Shown here one piece after another: positions 11,601-26,600 of a stretch of DNA of 61,358 bases. Within the stretch, counting starts at the first letter, position 1. The number at the start of each line of letters is the position of its first letter. The notes below the pieces were generated by a model, which saw only the letters and a list, made by a program, of their open reading frames with translations, made no database searches and was not told the DNA's origin. Source of the DNA: Chiloscyllium plagiosum (taxonomy: Eukaryota); assembly GCF_004010195.1 (NCBI RefSeq), contig NC_057718.1, positions 22,576,291 through 22,637,648 on the forward strand, given 5' to 3'. The position numbers and the translations under genes are program-made.

Positions 11601-14600
11601 TTTCAAATATTTCACATGTCATAACATTTAGGGTTTAAACTGGTTTGGTGGGGGGTAGGAACCAGAGCTACATATCTGAGAGGAGGTTAGTTGTAGATGG
11701 GGCAGTGACAGGAGGTAGTGAATCTACCAGGGAGGTTTTTTTCATGTGATGAAACAAAGGGATCAGTTAAAATGTGTCTGCTTTAACACAGAGTGCCAAA
11801 AATAAGAGTGATGAACTTAGCCCCAAGTACTGATCCATGCTCTATGATGCTGGGGCCATAATGGAGACGTGGGTTTCACAGGGACAGGAATGGTTGCTCG
11901 ATATTCCAGGGCTTAGAACATTTGCAAAGAACAGGGAGGAGGAAAAAGAGGAGGGGGTGTAGCATTGCTCATCAGAGAGTGTGTCACAGCTACAGAAATG
12001 AAGGTTGTCGAGGAAGGTTTGTCTACTGAGTTAGCGTGGGTGCAAGTTAGGAACAGTAAGGGAACAGCCACCTCATTGGGGGTTTTCTACAGACCCCCTA
12101 ATGGCAGTAGGGAGATTGAAGAACTCATAGCCCAACAGATTTTGGAAAAATGCAGATGTAACAGGATTGTTGTTATGGGTGACTTCAACTTTCCCAATAT
12201 TGACTGGAACTGCCTTAGTGCAGATGGTTTGGTGGAGTTGTTTTTGTCAGGTGTATTCAGGAGGGTTTCCTTACTCAGTATGTAGACAGGCCGACGAGGG
12301 GAAAGGCCATTTTGCATGGCAAAGAGCCAGGACAGGTGTCAGATCTCATGGTGGGAGAGCACTTTGTTGACAGTGAATACAACTGCCTCCCATTTGCCGT
12401 AGCCATGGAGAGGGAAAGGAGCAGTTACTGAGGGAAGATATTTAAGTGGGGAAAAGGAAATTATGACGTTATCAGACTGGAGTTGGCATGTACAGATTTG
12501 GAGCAATTGTTCCACAAAAAGGGCACAGCAGACATGTGGAAGTTTTTTAAGGAGCAGTTTTTCTGAGTGATGCACAAATGTGTTCCTCTGAGACAGGCAA
12601 GAAGGGTAAGATTAAGGAGCCTTGAATAACGAGAACAGAGGAACTTCTCGTCAAAAGAAAGAAGGCAGCTTACGTAAGGTGGGGGAAGCAAGAGTCTAGC
12701 ACAGCTTTAGAGGATTACAAGCTTACTAGAAAGGAGCTCAAAAATCGACTGAAATGCCAGGAGGGGACATAAAAAAGGCTTAGCAGGAAGGATTAAGGAG
12801 AACCCAAAGGCATTTTACTCATACGTGAGGAATAAGAGAATGATCAGGAAGATGGTAGGGCCAGTCAATGATAGCGTAGGGCACTTGTGCGTGGACTCTG
12901 AGCAGATAGGGGAAGCCCTGAATGAGTTTTTTGCTGCAGGTTTCACTAAGGAAAGGGAGCTTGTTGTGAATGAGAACTTTGAGGAGCCAGGAAACGGGCT
13001 TGAACAGATTGAGATTGAGGAAATTGATGTGCTGCAAATTTTGGCAAACATTAAGATTAATAAGTCCGCAAGGCCAGACCAGATTTATCCTCGGTTGCTC
13101 CGGGAAGCAAGAAAGGAGGTTGCTAAGCTGCTAGTGAAGATCTTCGCTTCCTCACTTTCCACAGGAGTCGTACCAGAGCATTGGAGGGAGGCGAATGTTG
13201 TTCCTCTTTTCAAGAAGAGTAATAGGGAAATGCCTGGCAATTACAGACCAGTCAGTTTTACGTCTGTGGCCAGCAAGGTTTTGGAAAGAATTCTGTGAGG
13301 TAGGACTTATGATTATTTGGAAAAGCAAAGTGTGATTAAAGACAGTCAGCATGGCTTTGTGAGGGGCAGGTTGAGTTCGTTGAGGAGGTGACGAAAAGGT
13401 TGATGAAGGTCGGGCAGTGGGTGTGGTGTATATGGACTTCAGCGAGACACTTGTTAAGGTTTCCCATGGTAGGCTCATTAATAAAGTCAGAAGGTATGGG
13501 ATCCAGGGAGATTTGGCTCTCTGAATTCAGAATTGGTTGGCTGGCAGAAGGCAGAGAGTGGTTGTAGATGGAAAGTATTCTGCCTGGAGGTCAGTGGTGA
13601 ATGGGGTCCCACAGGACTTTGTTCTTGGGTGTCTGCTGTTTGTAGTTTTTATAAATGACTTGGATGAGGAGGTTGAGGGTTGGGTTAGTAAATCTGCTGA
13701 TGATACAAAGGTTGGAGGTGCCGTTGATAGTATCAAGGGCTGTTGCAGGCTGCAGCGTGACATAGACAGGATGCAGAGCTGGGCTGAGAAATGGCAGATG
13801 GAGTTCAACGTGGATAAATGTGAAGTCATGCATTTTGGATGGTCGATCTTGACTGCTGAACTTAGGATTAAAGACAGGATTCTTGGCAGCGTGGAGGAAC
13901 AGCAGAATCTTGGTGTTCAAGTGCATCGATCCCTCAAAGTTGCCACCCAAGTGGATAGGGTTGTTAAGAAAGCATATGGTGTTTTGGCTTTCATTATCAG
14001 GGGGATTGAGTTTAAGAGCTTAATTGAGTTTAATTGAATTTATGTTCAATTTATAGATTTGTCATAAATTGCTCATCTCACTAATAATGATGACAAAATG
14101 ACTGGATTGTTGTAAAAATGTATTTGCTTCACTAATGAGGATGAAATCTACTAACTTGCTGCAACATACATGCAACTGCAGATGCAGCCTTACAAAACCC
14201 TGGTGAGACCACACTTGGAATATTGTGCAGTTCTGGTCGCCCTACTATAGGAAAAATGCGGAGGCTTTGGAGAGGGTGCAAAGAAGGTTTACCAGGATGC
14301 AGCCTGGATTGGAGGGCTTGTCTTACGAAGAGAGGTTGACTAAGCTCAGAGTTTTCTCTCTGGAGAGGAGGAGGAAGGGAGGTGACCTGATCAAGGTGTA
14401 CAAAGTAATGAGAGGCATGCATAGAGTAAATAGCCAGAGACTTTTCCCTCGGGCAGGATTGACTGGCACGAGGGGTCAAATTTTTAAGGTGTTAAGAGAG
14501 AGGCATAGAGGAGATGTCAGAGGTAGGTACTTTACACAGAAAGTTGTGAATGCATGGAATGCGTTGCCAGTGGTGGTGGTGGAAGCAAAGTCATTAGGGA

Positions 14601-17600
14601 CATTTAAGCGACTGCTGGACATGCACATGGACAGCAGTGAATTTAAGGGAGCATAAATTGGGTTATTTTATTTTAGATTAGGATTAATCCTTCACACAAC
14701 ATCGTGGGCCAAGGGGATTGTTTAATTTTGTACTTTCCTATTTTCACTCTTACTGGATAATGAAAAGCTAAAGTGCTTTGTGACCTTTCTGTTTTTTTGC
14801 CCCCAATTATTGAGCTTTAAAACAATATTCAAATTAAACTGAGTCTGTTTTGTTCTATCGGTGCTTAGGAAATTATCTTCCCAAAGATGGTGGCGAACTG
14901 TTGCCGTTTCCTGTGCTATTTCTGCCGAATCAGCAGGCAAAATCAAAAAGCCATGTTTGACCACTTAAGTTATTTGTTGGAGAACAGCAGTGTTGGATTA
15001 GGTGAGGAAAAAAATAAATGATTTGCTGGATGTCCTTTTAAATTATGAATTAATGTAACATTCACTTCTGATCTTGCTGATATTCATGCAATGGAATAGT
15101 ACTGTTCAGAATCTGAATATTTCTGGTCACGTCAACCAGAGGCTGAGACTAATGTTTCAGCAAAGTGAATTCAAAACTTACTTAGCGACTTGGAAAATTT
15201 ATGTTAATTTATAGATTTGTCATAAATTGTTCATCTCACTAATAATGATGACAAAACTACTGGATTGTTGTAAAAATTTATCTGCTTCATTAATGGGGAT
15301 GAAATCTACTAACTTGGTGTAACTTACATGCAACTGCAGATGCACAACAGTCTAGTTGACTCTTAACTGCCTTACAAGCCAGTCCAGTTGCTGCAGAAGA
15401 AAGTACTGTCTGTGAACGCTGATTAAAAAAGGTGACTCACTAGAGTAAAAGATGTGGCAATAAAGACAGGCCTTTCTCGCAACACTCACATCCCCATAAT
15501 GAATAAAAAAAGGTAAAATTGACCTCACTTAAAAAGTTTCTTCTATTGGACTTTTTCATTCATCAACATATTGGATTTGTGTATGTGAGTGTTATTGGTT
15601 ACTAGTATTCTGGTTAATCGTATAATGTCTTGTGCCCTTAGTACTACTTCATAATGGTGAACATAATTAGTATAAGTCTTTCACAGTTTACCTGTGCTTT
15701 AAAGAGTAGCCTTGCTCTGTGGAAAAAGTTACCTACAAGTCAATTTCAAAAGTGAGTTAAATGCACTCAAAGTAATTTATTGATCTCATAGAATGGAGTT
15801 TCCATGGCATGGACAAAGACCCTTCAGCCCATCATGTCTGTGCGAGTCATCAAGCACCGATCAATTCTAACCCCATTCTCTAGCTCTTGGCACATAGCCT
15901 TGTGTTCATGTATTCGTTGATGATGATTTGCAATTGGATTTGATACTCAAACCTCAGATTCCTGCCAGGAAAGCTCAATGCATTCTGAAACTGAACTTAC
16001 GCATTTGTCAATCAGTCCAAACCTTTCTGTGTCAGCGTTTTGATTATTACAAATCTCAGCCTTGCTGTATCTTACTGTGCATAAGGGAAGAAAATTCTTT
16101 TGTCTGAACCAATACAGGTCATTCAGCTATAACGCGTGTTTTGTTAACACAAATTTGCTATAACACGATTGACGAATTGGCGACACTATTTCAAAATGCA
16201 AAGTTTTAAAGTGTTTATTGGTTATACCACAATTCCGGCCCCATTAGTTTAAATGGTGTTGATATTATGCGATTTTCTTATAACACAAGATTGCCCGAGA
16301 GTGGAACTATCGTGTTAAGGCAGAACTGACTGTATTAAACAGCACTGCCACACCTAAACCATTTAAAAACTATTCCTTAAATGTTTTATATTTTCTTAAC
16401 AGCTTCTCCTTCAATGCGAGGTTCCACTCCTTTAGATGTTGCAGCAGCATCTGTAATGGACAACAATGAACTTGCCTTAGCATTGCGAGAGCCCGACTTA
16501 GAGAAAGTATGTATTTGGTTTAGTTTATATATGTGGTTGATGTTGGTATCCTGCAGCAGATGGCAGAAATGGCAAAGCATGATCCTTTGAATGTGGAGAA
16601 TAGTGGGGTGGAAAGTGAGGACAAGAGGAACCCTATCGCTGTTCTGGGGGTAAGGGGAAGGGGTGAAGGCATAATTGCTGGAGAAAGATTGACTTGACTG
16701 AAGGCCCTGTGAACTGTCATGAGGGACGATTCCTCAGTTGAGTAAAAAGTAAAAAATGTCAGAAAAAGGTTCAGTGCACCGCAAACGTTAACTCTGCTTT
16801 CTCAGCACAGATACTGCCAGACCTGCTCAGTGAATTATTTATTCTTCTTTAAATACAGCGTGCTGCATTCATGGGCTCACAGTGTAGCCTCCTCTATATT
16901 GGCGAGGCCATACACACTGACTGACCACTTTGCAGAACACCTCTATTGTGTTCGTAAGAATTACCTTGAGCTACAAGTTGCTTGCCATGTCGATACACAA
17001 TCTTTCTGTAAGTGCTAGAATTTCAAACCTAGGCCTGCTGCAGTGCAGACAGTATGGTGGCTCAGTGATTAACACTGCTGCCTCATAGCACCAGGGACCT
17101 ATGTTTGATTCCACCCTCGGGCAGCTGTCCATGTGGAGTTTATACATTCTTGCCATGTCTGTGTGGGTTTCCTCTGGACGATCCGGTTTCATCCCATTGT
17201 CCAAAGATGTGCGGGTTAGCCGGCTTGGCCATGCTAAATTGCCCATAGTATCTAGGGATGTGCAGGCAAGGTGGATTAGCCTTGGGAAATGCAGGGTTAC
17301 AGAGAAGGGGTGGATCTGGGTGGATGCTCTTCAGTGGGTTGGTGTGGACTCAATGGGTTGAATGGCCTTCTTCCATACTGTAGGGATTCTATGAGAGCTC
17401 AGTGCAAGCTGAAGGAACAGCAGTTAATTTTCCACCTAAGTCCTTTACAGCCTTCAGGATATAACATTGAGTTCAACAACTTTGGAGGATGAAGACTGTC
17501 CTCTATTTTTATGACACCCCAATCCCTCCCATTCATACCAGTGTCTTGTTTGCATGGTCAGAAATCATGCAACACCAGGTCATAGTCCATCAGGTTGATT

Positions 17601-20600
17601 TGAAATAACAAACTTTTGGAGCGCTGCCCCTTTGTCAAGTGAAGACCTAATGCTCTGAAAGCTTGTGATTTCAAATCAACCTGTTGGACTATAACCTGGT
17701 GTTATGTGATTTCCTACTTTGTCCACCCCAGTCCAACACCAATACCTCAACTTCTTGTTTGCATGAGTTTGCGCTCAGTAAAGCTGACCTGTTTTTGACT
17801 ATTCACATTTCGCATTTAGACTTCTATTATTACAATTAGCACTCTTCTTGTCTTTTGCTCTTGGCATCCTCAACATCTGTTCCAACTGCCATTCCTCCCC
17901 CTCTGTCCAGAGCATAAAAAACATCATTTTCCAGCCCCTTTCAGTCCCAAAGAAGACTCATTGGAATCAAAACGTTCACTCTGTTTCTTTCTTTAAAAAT
18001 GCTGTTAACCTTGCAGCACTTGCTGGGTTTTTTTTTATTGCAATTTAGGTCTTATTTATATATACATTAGCACAAACCTTGCTTCGCTACTCCTTTTAAA
18101 CATTGACTTGAAGTGACTACTTTGTGATTGCAAGTTTCACTTCCTGACTTATACCATTTGTTCTCTTCTCTGTGATTCATTTTATTTTGTCATCCAAAGG
18201 GATCCAACTTCTGATGAACTGTGAATAACCCATGGGCTGCTGAATATGTTGTGTGTCTCAGCATTTTCTGTTTTTATGTCAAAGAACATGCTTGCAGCTT
18301 TATTTTAATGAGGTATTATACTGGTTTGGAGATCAATATGTGTTGAATAGAAAGTAATTTTGGTTTCTGAAATAAATATTTTAGTATAAATAATTACAAG
18401 ACCTCCATGATATTAATGTATTTTGCCATAGGGGGTGGGGGGAATGACAATTCCTGTTATTATTTTTCCATTTATTCATATTTCAAATTTTATATATTAG
18501 TTTTGAATATGGTGGTTGAAGGAATCATCCCTGATTCTTTTTGTCATTTATTGAAGTTTAAAATTAATACATCTTGCATTGTTTCGTCAATAGAGGATTT
18601 CATTTATACAATTGATTAGCTTGATTTTATTTTTACCAATGTTAATGCTATTTTTTAAACAAAGAGAGACAGAGACATGAGACAAGTGAGTGCACAGTAC
18701 ATAACATAGACTAGATTAGATTCCCTACAGTGTGGAAACAGGCCCTTCGGCCCAACTAGTCCACACTGACCCTCCAAAGAGTAACCCACCCAGACCCATT
18801 TCCCTCTGACTAACGCACCTAACACTATGGGCAACTCACCATGGCCAATTCACCTGGCCTGCACATCTTTGGACTGTGGGAGGAAACCAGAGCACCCAGA
18901 GCAAACCCACACAGACATAGGGAGAATGTGCAAACTCCACACAGACAGTCGCCTGAGGCTGGAATCAAACCTGGGATCCTGGTGCTGTGAGGCAGCAGTG
19001 CTAAACACTGAGCCACCGTGCCATCCCATAAAGCTGGAGCATAGAGAGCACTTAATGCCGTGACTCAGATCCTGGCAGCAAATGTAAGCACATCACTCCA
19101 GAATATATTGTTGTATGTTGATCTGCCTCAGTTTAAATAAAGTTGTTCTGTGGACCTATATTCACTTCAGTCCTGTTTGCTTATGCGTTAGATTCACAGG
19201 TTGATACAGCAAAGAAAGAAACCATTTTTGCCATTGTACCAATGCAGGCTGTTTGAAAATGGCTGTCAAGGTTTTCCACATGCTCCCCCACTCTCCAACA
19301 TTTTCATGATAACCCTGCAAATGTTTTTTCTTCAAGTATTTATCCAGTTCTGTTTAGAAATTTATTATTCAATCTGCTTCCATTATTCTTTCAGGCAGTG
19401 CATTCTAGATCAGAACACCTTGCTTCACAAATTTTCTTTCTTTCATGTCACTCCTGGTTCTTTTGCCAATCACCTTCAATCTGTTTTTTGTTGTTACTGA
19501 CCTGTCTGCCTCTGAAAACAGTTTCTCATTATTCACTTGGTCTGCAGCCCATAAAGCAGGTGAGTAATGCCATCCTTCATGGAAAACAAATCTTTCCATA
19601 CGATGCCTTTGCACATTTGGAAGGAGAAGAGTAGACTCCAGCAATTTCCCAGCCTGTAAGCTCCCCAACACATCCAAGATTTCCTCCGCAGTCATGTCAG
19701 CTTCCATGCTCCTTCAGATTGTCTAACTACTTTGTGATTTATGACAGTGTGTTTTTCAGTCCATTAATCCACAGCTGTTAAGTGATTATCATGAAGGGTC
19801 TGTGCCCACTTTCTTGACAGTTGGCCATGAGGCAGTCATAGTGCTGCAATCCTCCAACTATCCACTCTTGGCCGCTGCATGAAGGGTGAGAGATTGACTA
19901 CTTGGAGAGAAAGGCTGCCTCCAATGCTGATTCTTTGCAAATGGAAAATTGCGTCACAGTCAGAACCAGGGCTGATTCAGATACTCAATCAGTGGTGTTG
20001 CTAACTGGATAGAATTTCCTTTGAATAGTGCCCATTAAAATAGTGTTGCATAACCTTTGCTCCACAAAGGAGAAAATACCTGGAGCCATGATTTCTTGGA
20101 AGTGGAGTAACATTCAGTTTTAATGGAAACAATGTAAAGTGCTTGTTACTAAATGAAAGGATTCGCCAACCAATTTTCATGGCAATCTTGTTCCTTTGGG
20201 CCAGAATTTCCAAGTTCAAGTTGTTGATTGTTGAAGCAGTGCTGAAGGCGCAGTTTCAACTGCTTGCTAATCAGCCATCTTATCCATCCAATCCTTCTCT
20301 GTTATTTCCCCCATGGAAGACTATGAAACCAACAAAACATTTTTCATTGAACTGTTGTCCTTTTAAGAAGTTCAAAAGTAATTGGATTGAACTCAGATGG
20401 AAGAGATTGTAATGGTTAGCTGTATCTTCACTTCTGCATCTCTTCCAGGAAATTGATTGATATTTCATTCAAGCTAAATAGTTTATCCAAATAAGTTTGG
20501 GAATACATAATTGAGATGTTTGCTGATTTATGCCTGTGTTCCATTCTCCAGGTTGTTCAATATTTAGCTGGCTGTGGCCTGCAGAGCTGTGCTATGCTAG

Positions 20601-23600
20601 TTGCCAAGGGTTACCCTGATATTGGCTGGAATCCCGTGGAAGGGGAGCGATATCTGGATTTTCTCCGTTTTGCAGTATTTTGCAATGGTAAGGTGCTATC
20701 TAACAGCATGCCCTTTAGAAGTGAAGACTGTGTAGCAGACAGTTGTGTTATGAAAAGGGAAGAATGAAGTGTCAATGGGGTTACAGTGCAAGAAGTAACC
20801 TAGTTGCATGGAGTTGTGATCCGCTTCATTTTTTGGACATTAATGTTGTTGATAGAAATAGTGAGGATGTGGACAGAAAGCCTGCTGTCTGGCAAAATCT
20901 TGTGTTCCCTTCTGCTTTTTTTGTCAATGGGGTATTTACTCAGTTGGAGGGTGACACATGGGATCATCACCTCCTTCCCATCTTCACCCCAATGAAGTCT
21001 ATAGTAGGGAGCATGGATAGATTTCCTGCTTCACTGCTGTATTAAGTGATGGGTGGGGGACCTGCCATGTATAGATTGCAACAAAAGCAAATTCTGTGTA
21101 AAATGCACAAGCCTTTACTTGTTTATGTTTTAGTCTTTTTGAGCTTTTCAGAATTGCACATATCTTTTTTTCCCAGTGTAAGTGAACAATGTGATCTCAA
21201 TTTCCACTAAAAGACCAGAAGCAAGAGAGATTGCTTTCATGTTCATCTATTAGTAGTCAGAATCCAATATAAGTGAGAATGTGGATTGTGAATGAAGATA
21301 GTTATTGTTAGTTGTTGTTTACGTGTGTTCATATTCTTCCTTTGGAGAATAGTGTGAAGTTGCTGTAAGATTCTTAGATTGATTAACGGTCTGACAGGAC
21401 AGAACAACGAATGTTCCTTCCCTATCTGTTTAGCATTGTCATGCCAACCAGAAGGGTGGTTATTCCTGAATGGCAGAAAAAAAATTATAAAGACTATTCC
21501 ATTCTATACCAAAAGACAGGGACACTACCAACTTCCACTTCTCCAGCATTGCAAATTTTACAAATTTGCATGCTTCCAAATAGAACTTTGCACGTGAGGA
21601 ACAAGTTGCTCATGTCTTGTCAATCACAATGTGAAGATTTGCTAATATCATTGTCAAGGTTAAGGGAAACAGATAGTGTGTATTATTGCTGTTTGAGCAC
21701 ATTTAAATAGGAGTGGGTTCTTGTGACACAGTGATAGAATCCAAGGGTTTGGGTCCCACCTGCTCCAGAGATATGTAATAATATCCATTAAGGGTTGATT
21801 AGAAAATATCCACATAAAAATAGGGGAAATTTGGGACACTGGGATGTTTGATAAGAGCTTTGAGATGGAGTGAGTCAGTAAACTCATTCCATAAAGAAAA
21901 GGTGCGAGTCTGAGATTCTACTACCTCACCAGCCAGTTTAGAGGCTACCAACATATGGGTGGGGCTTGAGCAGCAAGTTCAGCATGCTCACAGTATTTTC
22001 TATTGATTAATTTCTCTTGAAGCTCTGATCTGTTAATAACCAGTCTTAGCTGACCCTTGCTTCTTCTTAGCCAGAGTGTTGAAAATGATCACAGTGCTAG
22101 TCCAGCTGAACTTGGCACCTCAACGAAGACTGGAAATTCAACCTTCCAATAATTAATTTAATCCATGGTTTACCAAACAACTTCTCAGAGGAACTTAAAT
22201 AGCAAATTAAATAATGTTTCATAATAAATCTCAAAAGTACGAAAATATGATTTACAAGTTGTATCAGCTAGTCATTTTTCACTCTTGTTAACAAGAAGTG
22301 GAAATGGCACTGCAGATAGTACTTGTTTCATTTTAATAAACAAAATAAAGCTGAAACATATGGCCTACGTAAAGGGCTAATCACAATTTTAGAGAATTGC
22401 TATACATCTGCAGTGAGTTCTTGATCAACTTGTAATTTTGTAAACTGGGGAATTGGGCATCAGAATGAATGGATTCCAGTGTGTGAGTTATCTTCAGTAC
22501 ATATCAAACAAATACTGACATTTCATTCACATCATGCTGTTAGTAACATGTATGCCTCTTGGTGCCAATTCTTGTGAATGAATGGAGTAAATCAGTGAGC
22601 TATATCTCCATGTAGCAGAGAACTGATGTCCAATAGCAGAGCTAGCTGCAATGACAAGAAAATAAACTTCAATATTTCCACAAGAAAGAAACAGGGTTTC
22701 TACATTTCATCAAAGCTTTCTAAATCTCTGAATAACATTGTTTTTCACATGCATTGTTGATTTAAGGATGATTCTTTTGTGTGATGTACTAGTGTCTCAC
22801 ATTCAAGTTGCTCCATCAATTTGTAGGCGAGAGCGTGGAAGAGAATGCCAATGAAGTTGTCAGGTTGTTGATACGTCGGCCCGAATGCTTTGGCCCAGCT
22901 CTGAGAGGAGAAGGTGGGGATGGGCTTCTCGCTGCTATGGAGGAAGCTATAAAGATCTCTGAAGATCCAACGAGAGATGGCCTGTCATCAACTGATGAGT
23001 CAAGTAGGAGGCTGTGAGTCTGACTTGTGACTTGACAGTCGATTACTGTCACAATTTGGTGGTTGTGGAGTGACCAGGGCCTTTCTTTGAAATATATTTT
23101 GTGGAGGTATTTAGCTGACTTAAGAAAAAAGACAAAATTACCAAACCCTTTACCAAACCCCTCTCAAAAGGTGAAATGTCAAAATCCATCTCAGCATAAC
23201 CATCGTTTTATCTAGATCTAACCAGAAGGTTATAGAAACAGGAATGAGTGATTCTGTCCCTTGAGCTGTTCAGCTTTCAATTAAATCATGGCTGTCCTGA
23301 ATTTTAGTTTAATTTATTCACCTTGATTCCATAACATTTAATTGTCTTATCGGACAATGCAACCAGACCCATTTTTGGAATTTCTAGTTGAGCCCCCAAG
23401 CTTCAGTAGCTTTTGGAGGAGACTCTTTCAGATTTCCAGTGTGTGATAAAGTGCTTCCTTAGTTTATAATTTTGAGGTTATAAACTAAGTGCCTCTAAAG
23501 GGCGGCACGGTGGCACAGTGGTTAGCACTGCTGCCTCACAGCACCAGAGAACCGGGTTCAATTCCCGCCTCAGGCAACTGTCTGTGTGGAGTTTGCACAT

Positions 23601-26600
23601 TGTCCCCGTGTCTGTGAGGGTTTTCTCTGGGTGCTCTGGTTTCCTCCCACAGTCCAAAAATGTGCAGATTAGGTGAATTGGTCATGCAGAATTGCCCGTA
23701 GTGTTAGGTGAAGGTGTAAATGTAGGGGAATGGGTATGGGTAGGTTGCTCTTTGGAGGGTCGGTGTGGACTTGTTGGGGCTGAAGGGCCTGTTTCCACAC
23801 TGTAAGTAATCTAATCTTAAAAAAAAAGTCTTTCTGATCAAACAGATTTTGAATAGGGAGCATTATTGCTTCAGTTGCATTTCACTGAGAAGTATGATAA
23901 CTGAATTAAAATAATACTCAGTTATAAGTTCAAGATGACTCAACTATATCTCTTAATTAAGCTCATTCACATTGTAAACTCAGCAACTTCTCTGAGCCAA
24001 TTTCCTCAATATTGTCATCTATACTTGCAGTTCACAATAAAATATTCTAAAATTTCAGCAAAAAGAAATAGGAAGATGTTCTTCGTAAATGATTTTAATT
24101 TAAATAGTTAATGGCAAGGCTGAAAATCTTGAGTTGCTGCAAATACTACAAGGATTGATGAAAAACTGTGGGGCTAAAATCCTTTTTCAATGAAAATCAG
24201 GAAAACCCCTGCTTTTCTTTGCAATTACTAACTTGCTAATAACATTGGATTCACAGATTTTGTACATTTTGACAGTAGAAAGCTGTCATTTTATAATGAA
24301 GACATTAACTATAAAGAAAAAAGTATTCTCTCAATATCCATGGCAAAATGTTTTTCCCAATGTGTAGTGATTGTGTTGTTGGAAATTACCTGATAGGCAC
24401 AAGCAGCTCATACCTGCATGACACCAAAAGAGACAGTCATTACTGATAGAAAAGTGGCTGCACCTGGACACTTACTTGGTGGGCACATGTAAAATACACC
24501 AGAGGACAACAGGAAACGTGTATAGGAAACATTTAAGCACAGTTATGCAAAATGCCTTTTTTGTAACATAAATCATTTTTTTAGTCATAGTGTATGCTGC
24601 TAACATTGTATAATATTGGAATTTGTATTTGTGCATATGTATGTGTGTACTGAAGTTTGTGACCAATACAAATCTCTGTTAGTACCTGTTAAATTTCACA
24701 AAACACAGTTATGTTGTTAATACATTTTGGTTAATAGAGACCTTGAAGAAGAGGAAGATGACACCATTCATATGGGGAATGCTATTATGACCTTCTATTC
24801 TGCTTTAATTGATTTATTGGGACGTTGTGCACCAGAGATCCATGTAAGTCGCAAATAAACTCAATAATCAATTTCATTAGTCTCAGAGATCACTTTTGTA
24901 AATCTACTCAGTCCAGTTGTTTTAGTCTTTTCGGTAGCTCTGCAAAAAGTGACTTTGGATGGGGGAAAAGGAATTTCCACAATTTTTTTCAATTGAACAC
25001 AAGTACTCCTTCTTTCAGATGTTCATATTCAGACACATTACAGCATGACATCACAGTTCTCAAACTTGACAAACTCATGTAATTAAAAGAATATACTTTG
25101 CTTTCATTTGGAGCAAACACATTAACAATATTCACAACGTGGTCAGTAAAGCATGTGTGATTGTTATTATTGAGAGTTTTGTCACTTTTATGAACAAATC
25201 ATTCAAAGAGGCATTCCTGAATACCTCTGTGTATTACTCTTTTGCTTATCCATTTTTTCTGCCATTGCTCCAAGTCAAACTGCACAGAAGATCAGAGGTC
25301 CGTGGTTTTATAATTAAAAGGAGACTATCCAGACCTGTCCTAGGCTGTTCTGAGAAGTGAGAAAGGAGGTTGCTAAGCCGCTGGCTAAGGTCTTTGCTTC
25401 CTCACTCTCCATGGTAGTCGTACCGGATGATTGTAGGGAGGCAAATGTTGTTCCTCTTTTCAAGAAGGGTAATAGGGAAATCCCTGGCAATTACAGACCA
25501 GTCAGTCTTACGTCTGTGGTCAGCAAAGTTTTGGAAAGAATTCTGAGGGGTAGGATTTATGACTATTTGGCAAAGCATAGTGTGATTAAAGACAGTCAGC
25601 ATGGCTTTTTAAGGGGCAGGTCATGCCTGACAAATTTTATTGAGTTCTTTGAGGAGGTGACAAGACAGGTCAATGAAGATCGAGCAGTGGATGTGGTGTA
25701 TTTGGACTTCAGCAAGGCATTTGATAAGGTTCCCCATGGTAGACTCATTCATAAAGTCAGAAAGTATGGGATACAGGGAGATTTGGCTGTCTGGATTCAA
25801 AATTGGTTGGCTGACAGAAGGCCGAGAGTGGTTGTAGATGGAAAGTATTCTGCCTGGAGGTCAGTGATGAGTGGGGTCCCGTAGGGCTCTGTTCTTGGGC
25901 CACTGTTCTTTGCAGTTTTTATAAGTGACTTGGATGAGGATGTTGAGGGGTGGGTTAGTAATTTGTAGATTTCACAAATGTTGGAGGTGCTGTCGATAGT
26001 ATTGAGGGCTATTACAGGCTGCAGCGTGACATAGACAGGATGCAGAGCTGGGCTGAGAAATGGCAGATGGAGTTCAATGTGGATAAATGCAAAGTGATGC
26101 ATTTTGGATGGTTGAACTTGAATGCTGAATATAGGATTAAAGACAGAATTCTTGGCAGTGTGGAGGAACAGAGGGATCTGGTGTGCAAGTACATAGATCC
26201 CTCAAAGTTGCCACCCAAGAGGATAGGGTTGTTAAGAAAGCATATGGCGTTTTGGCTTTCATTAACAGGGGGATTGAGTTTAAGAGCCGCGAGGTTTTGT
26301 TACAGCTCTTCAAGTCCCTGGTGAGACCACGTTTGGAATAGTTCTGAAACGCCCTACTATAGGAAAGATCCAGAGGCTTTGGAGAGGGTGCAAAGAAGGT
26401 TTACCAGGATGCTGCCTGGACTGGAGGGCTTGCCTTATGAAAAAAGATTGAATAAGCTCAGACCTTTCTCTCTGGAGAGAAGGAGGAAGAGAGGAGACCT
26501 GATCGAGGTACACAACATAATGAGAGGAATAGATAGAGTCAATAGCCAGAGACTTTTCCTCAGGGCAGGATTGACTGGTACGAGAGGTCATAGTTTTTAA

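Noticed and set aside
12825..14656. Long ORFs (143-166 aa) as host genes or an active retroelement
   Set aside because: They are broken pieces of CR1 ORF2 with stops and frameshifts; the same applies to ORFs at 25-26 kb and 30-34 kb.
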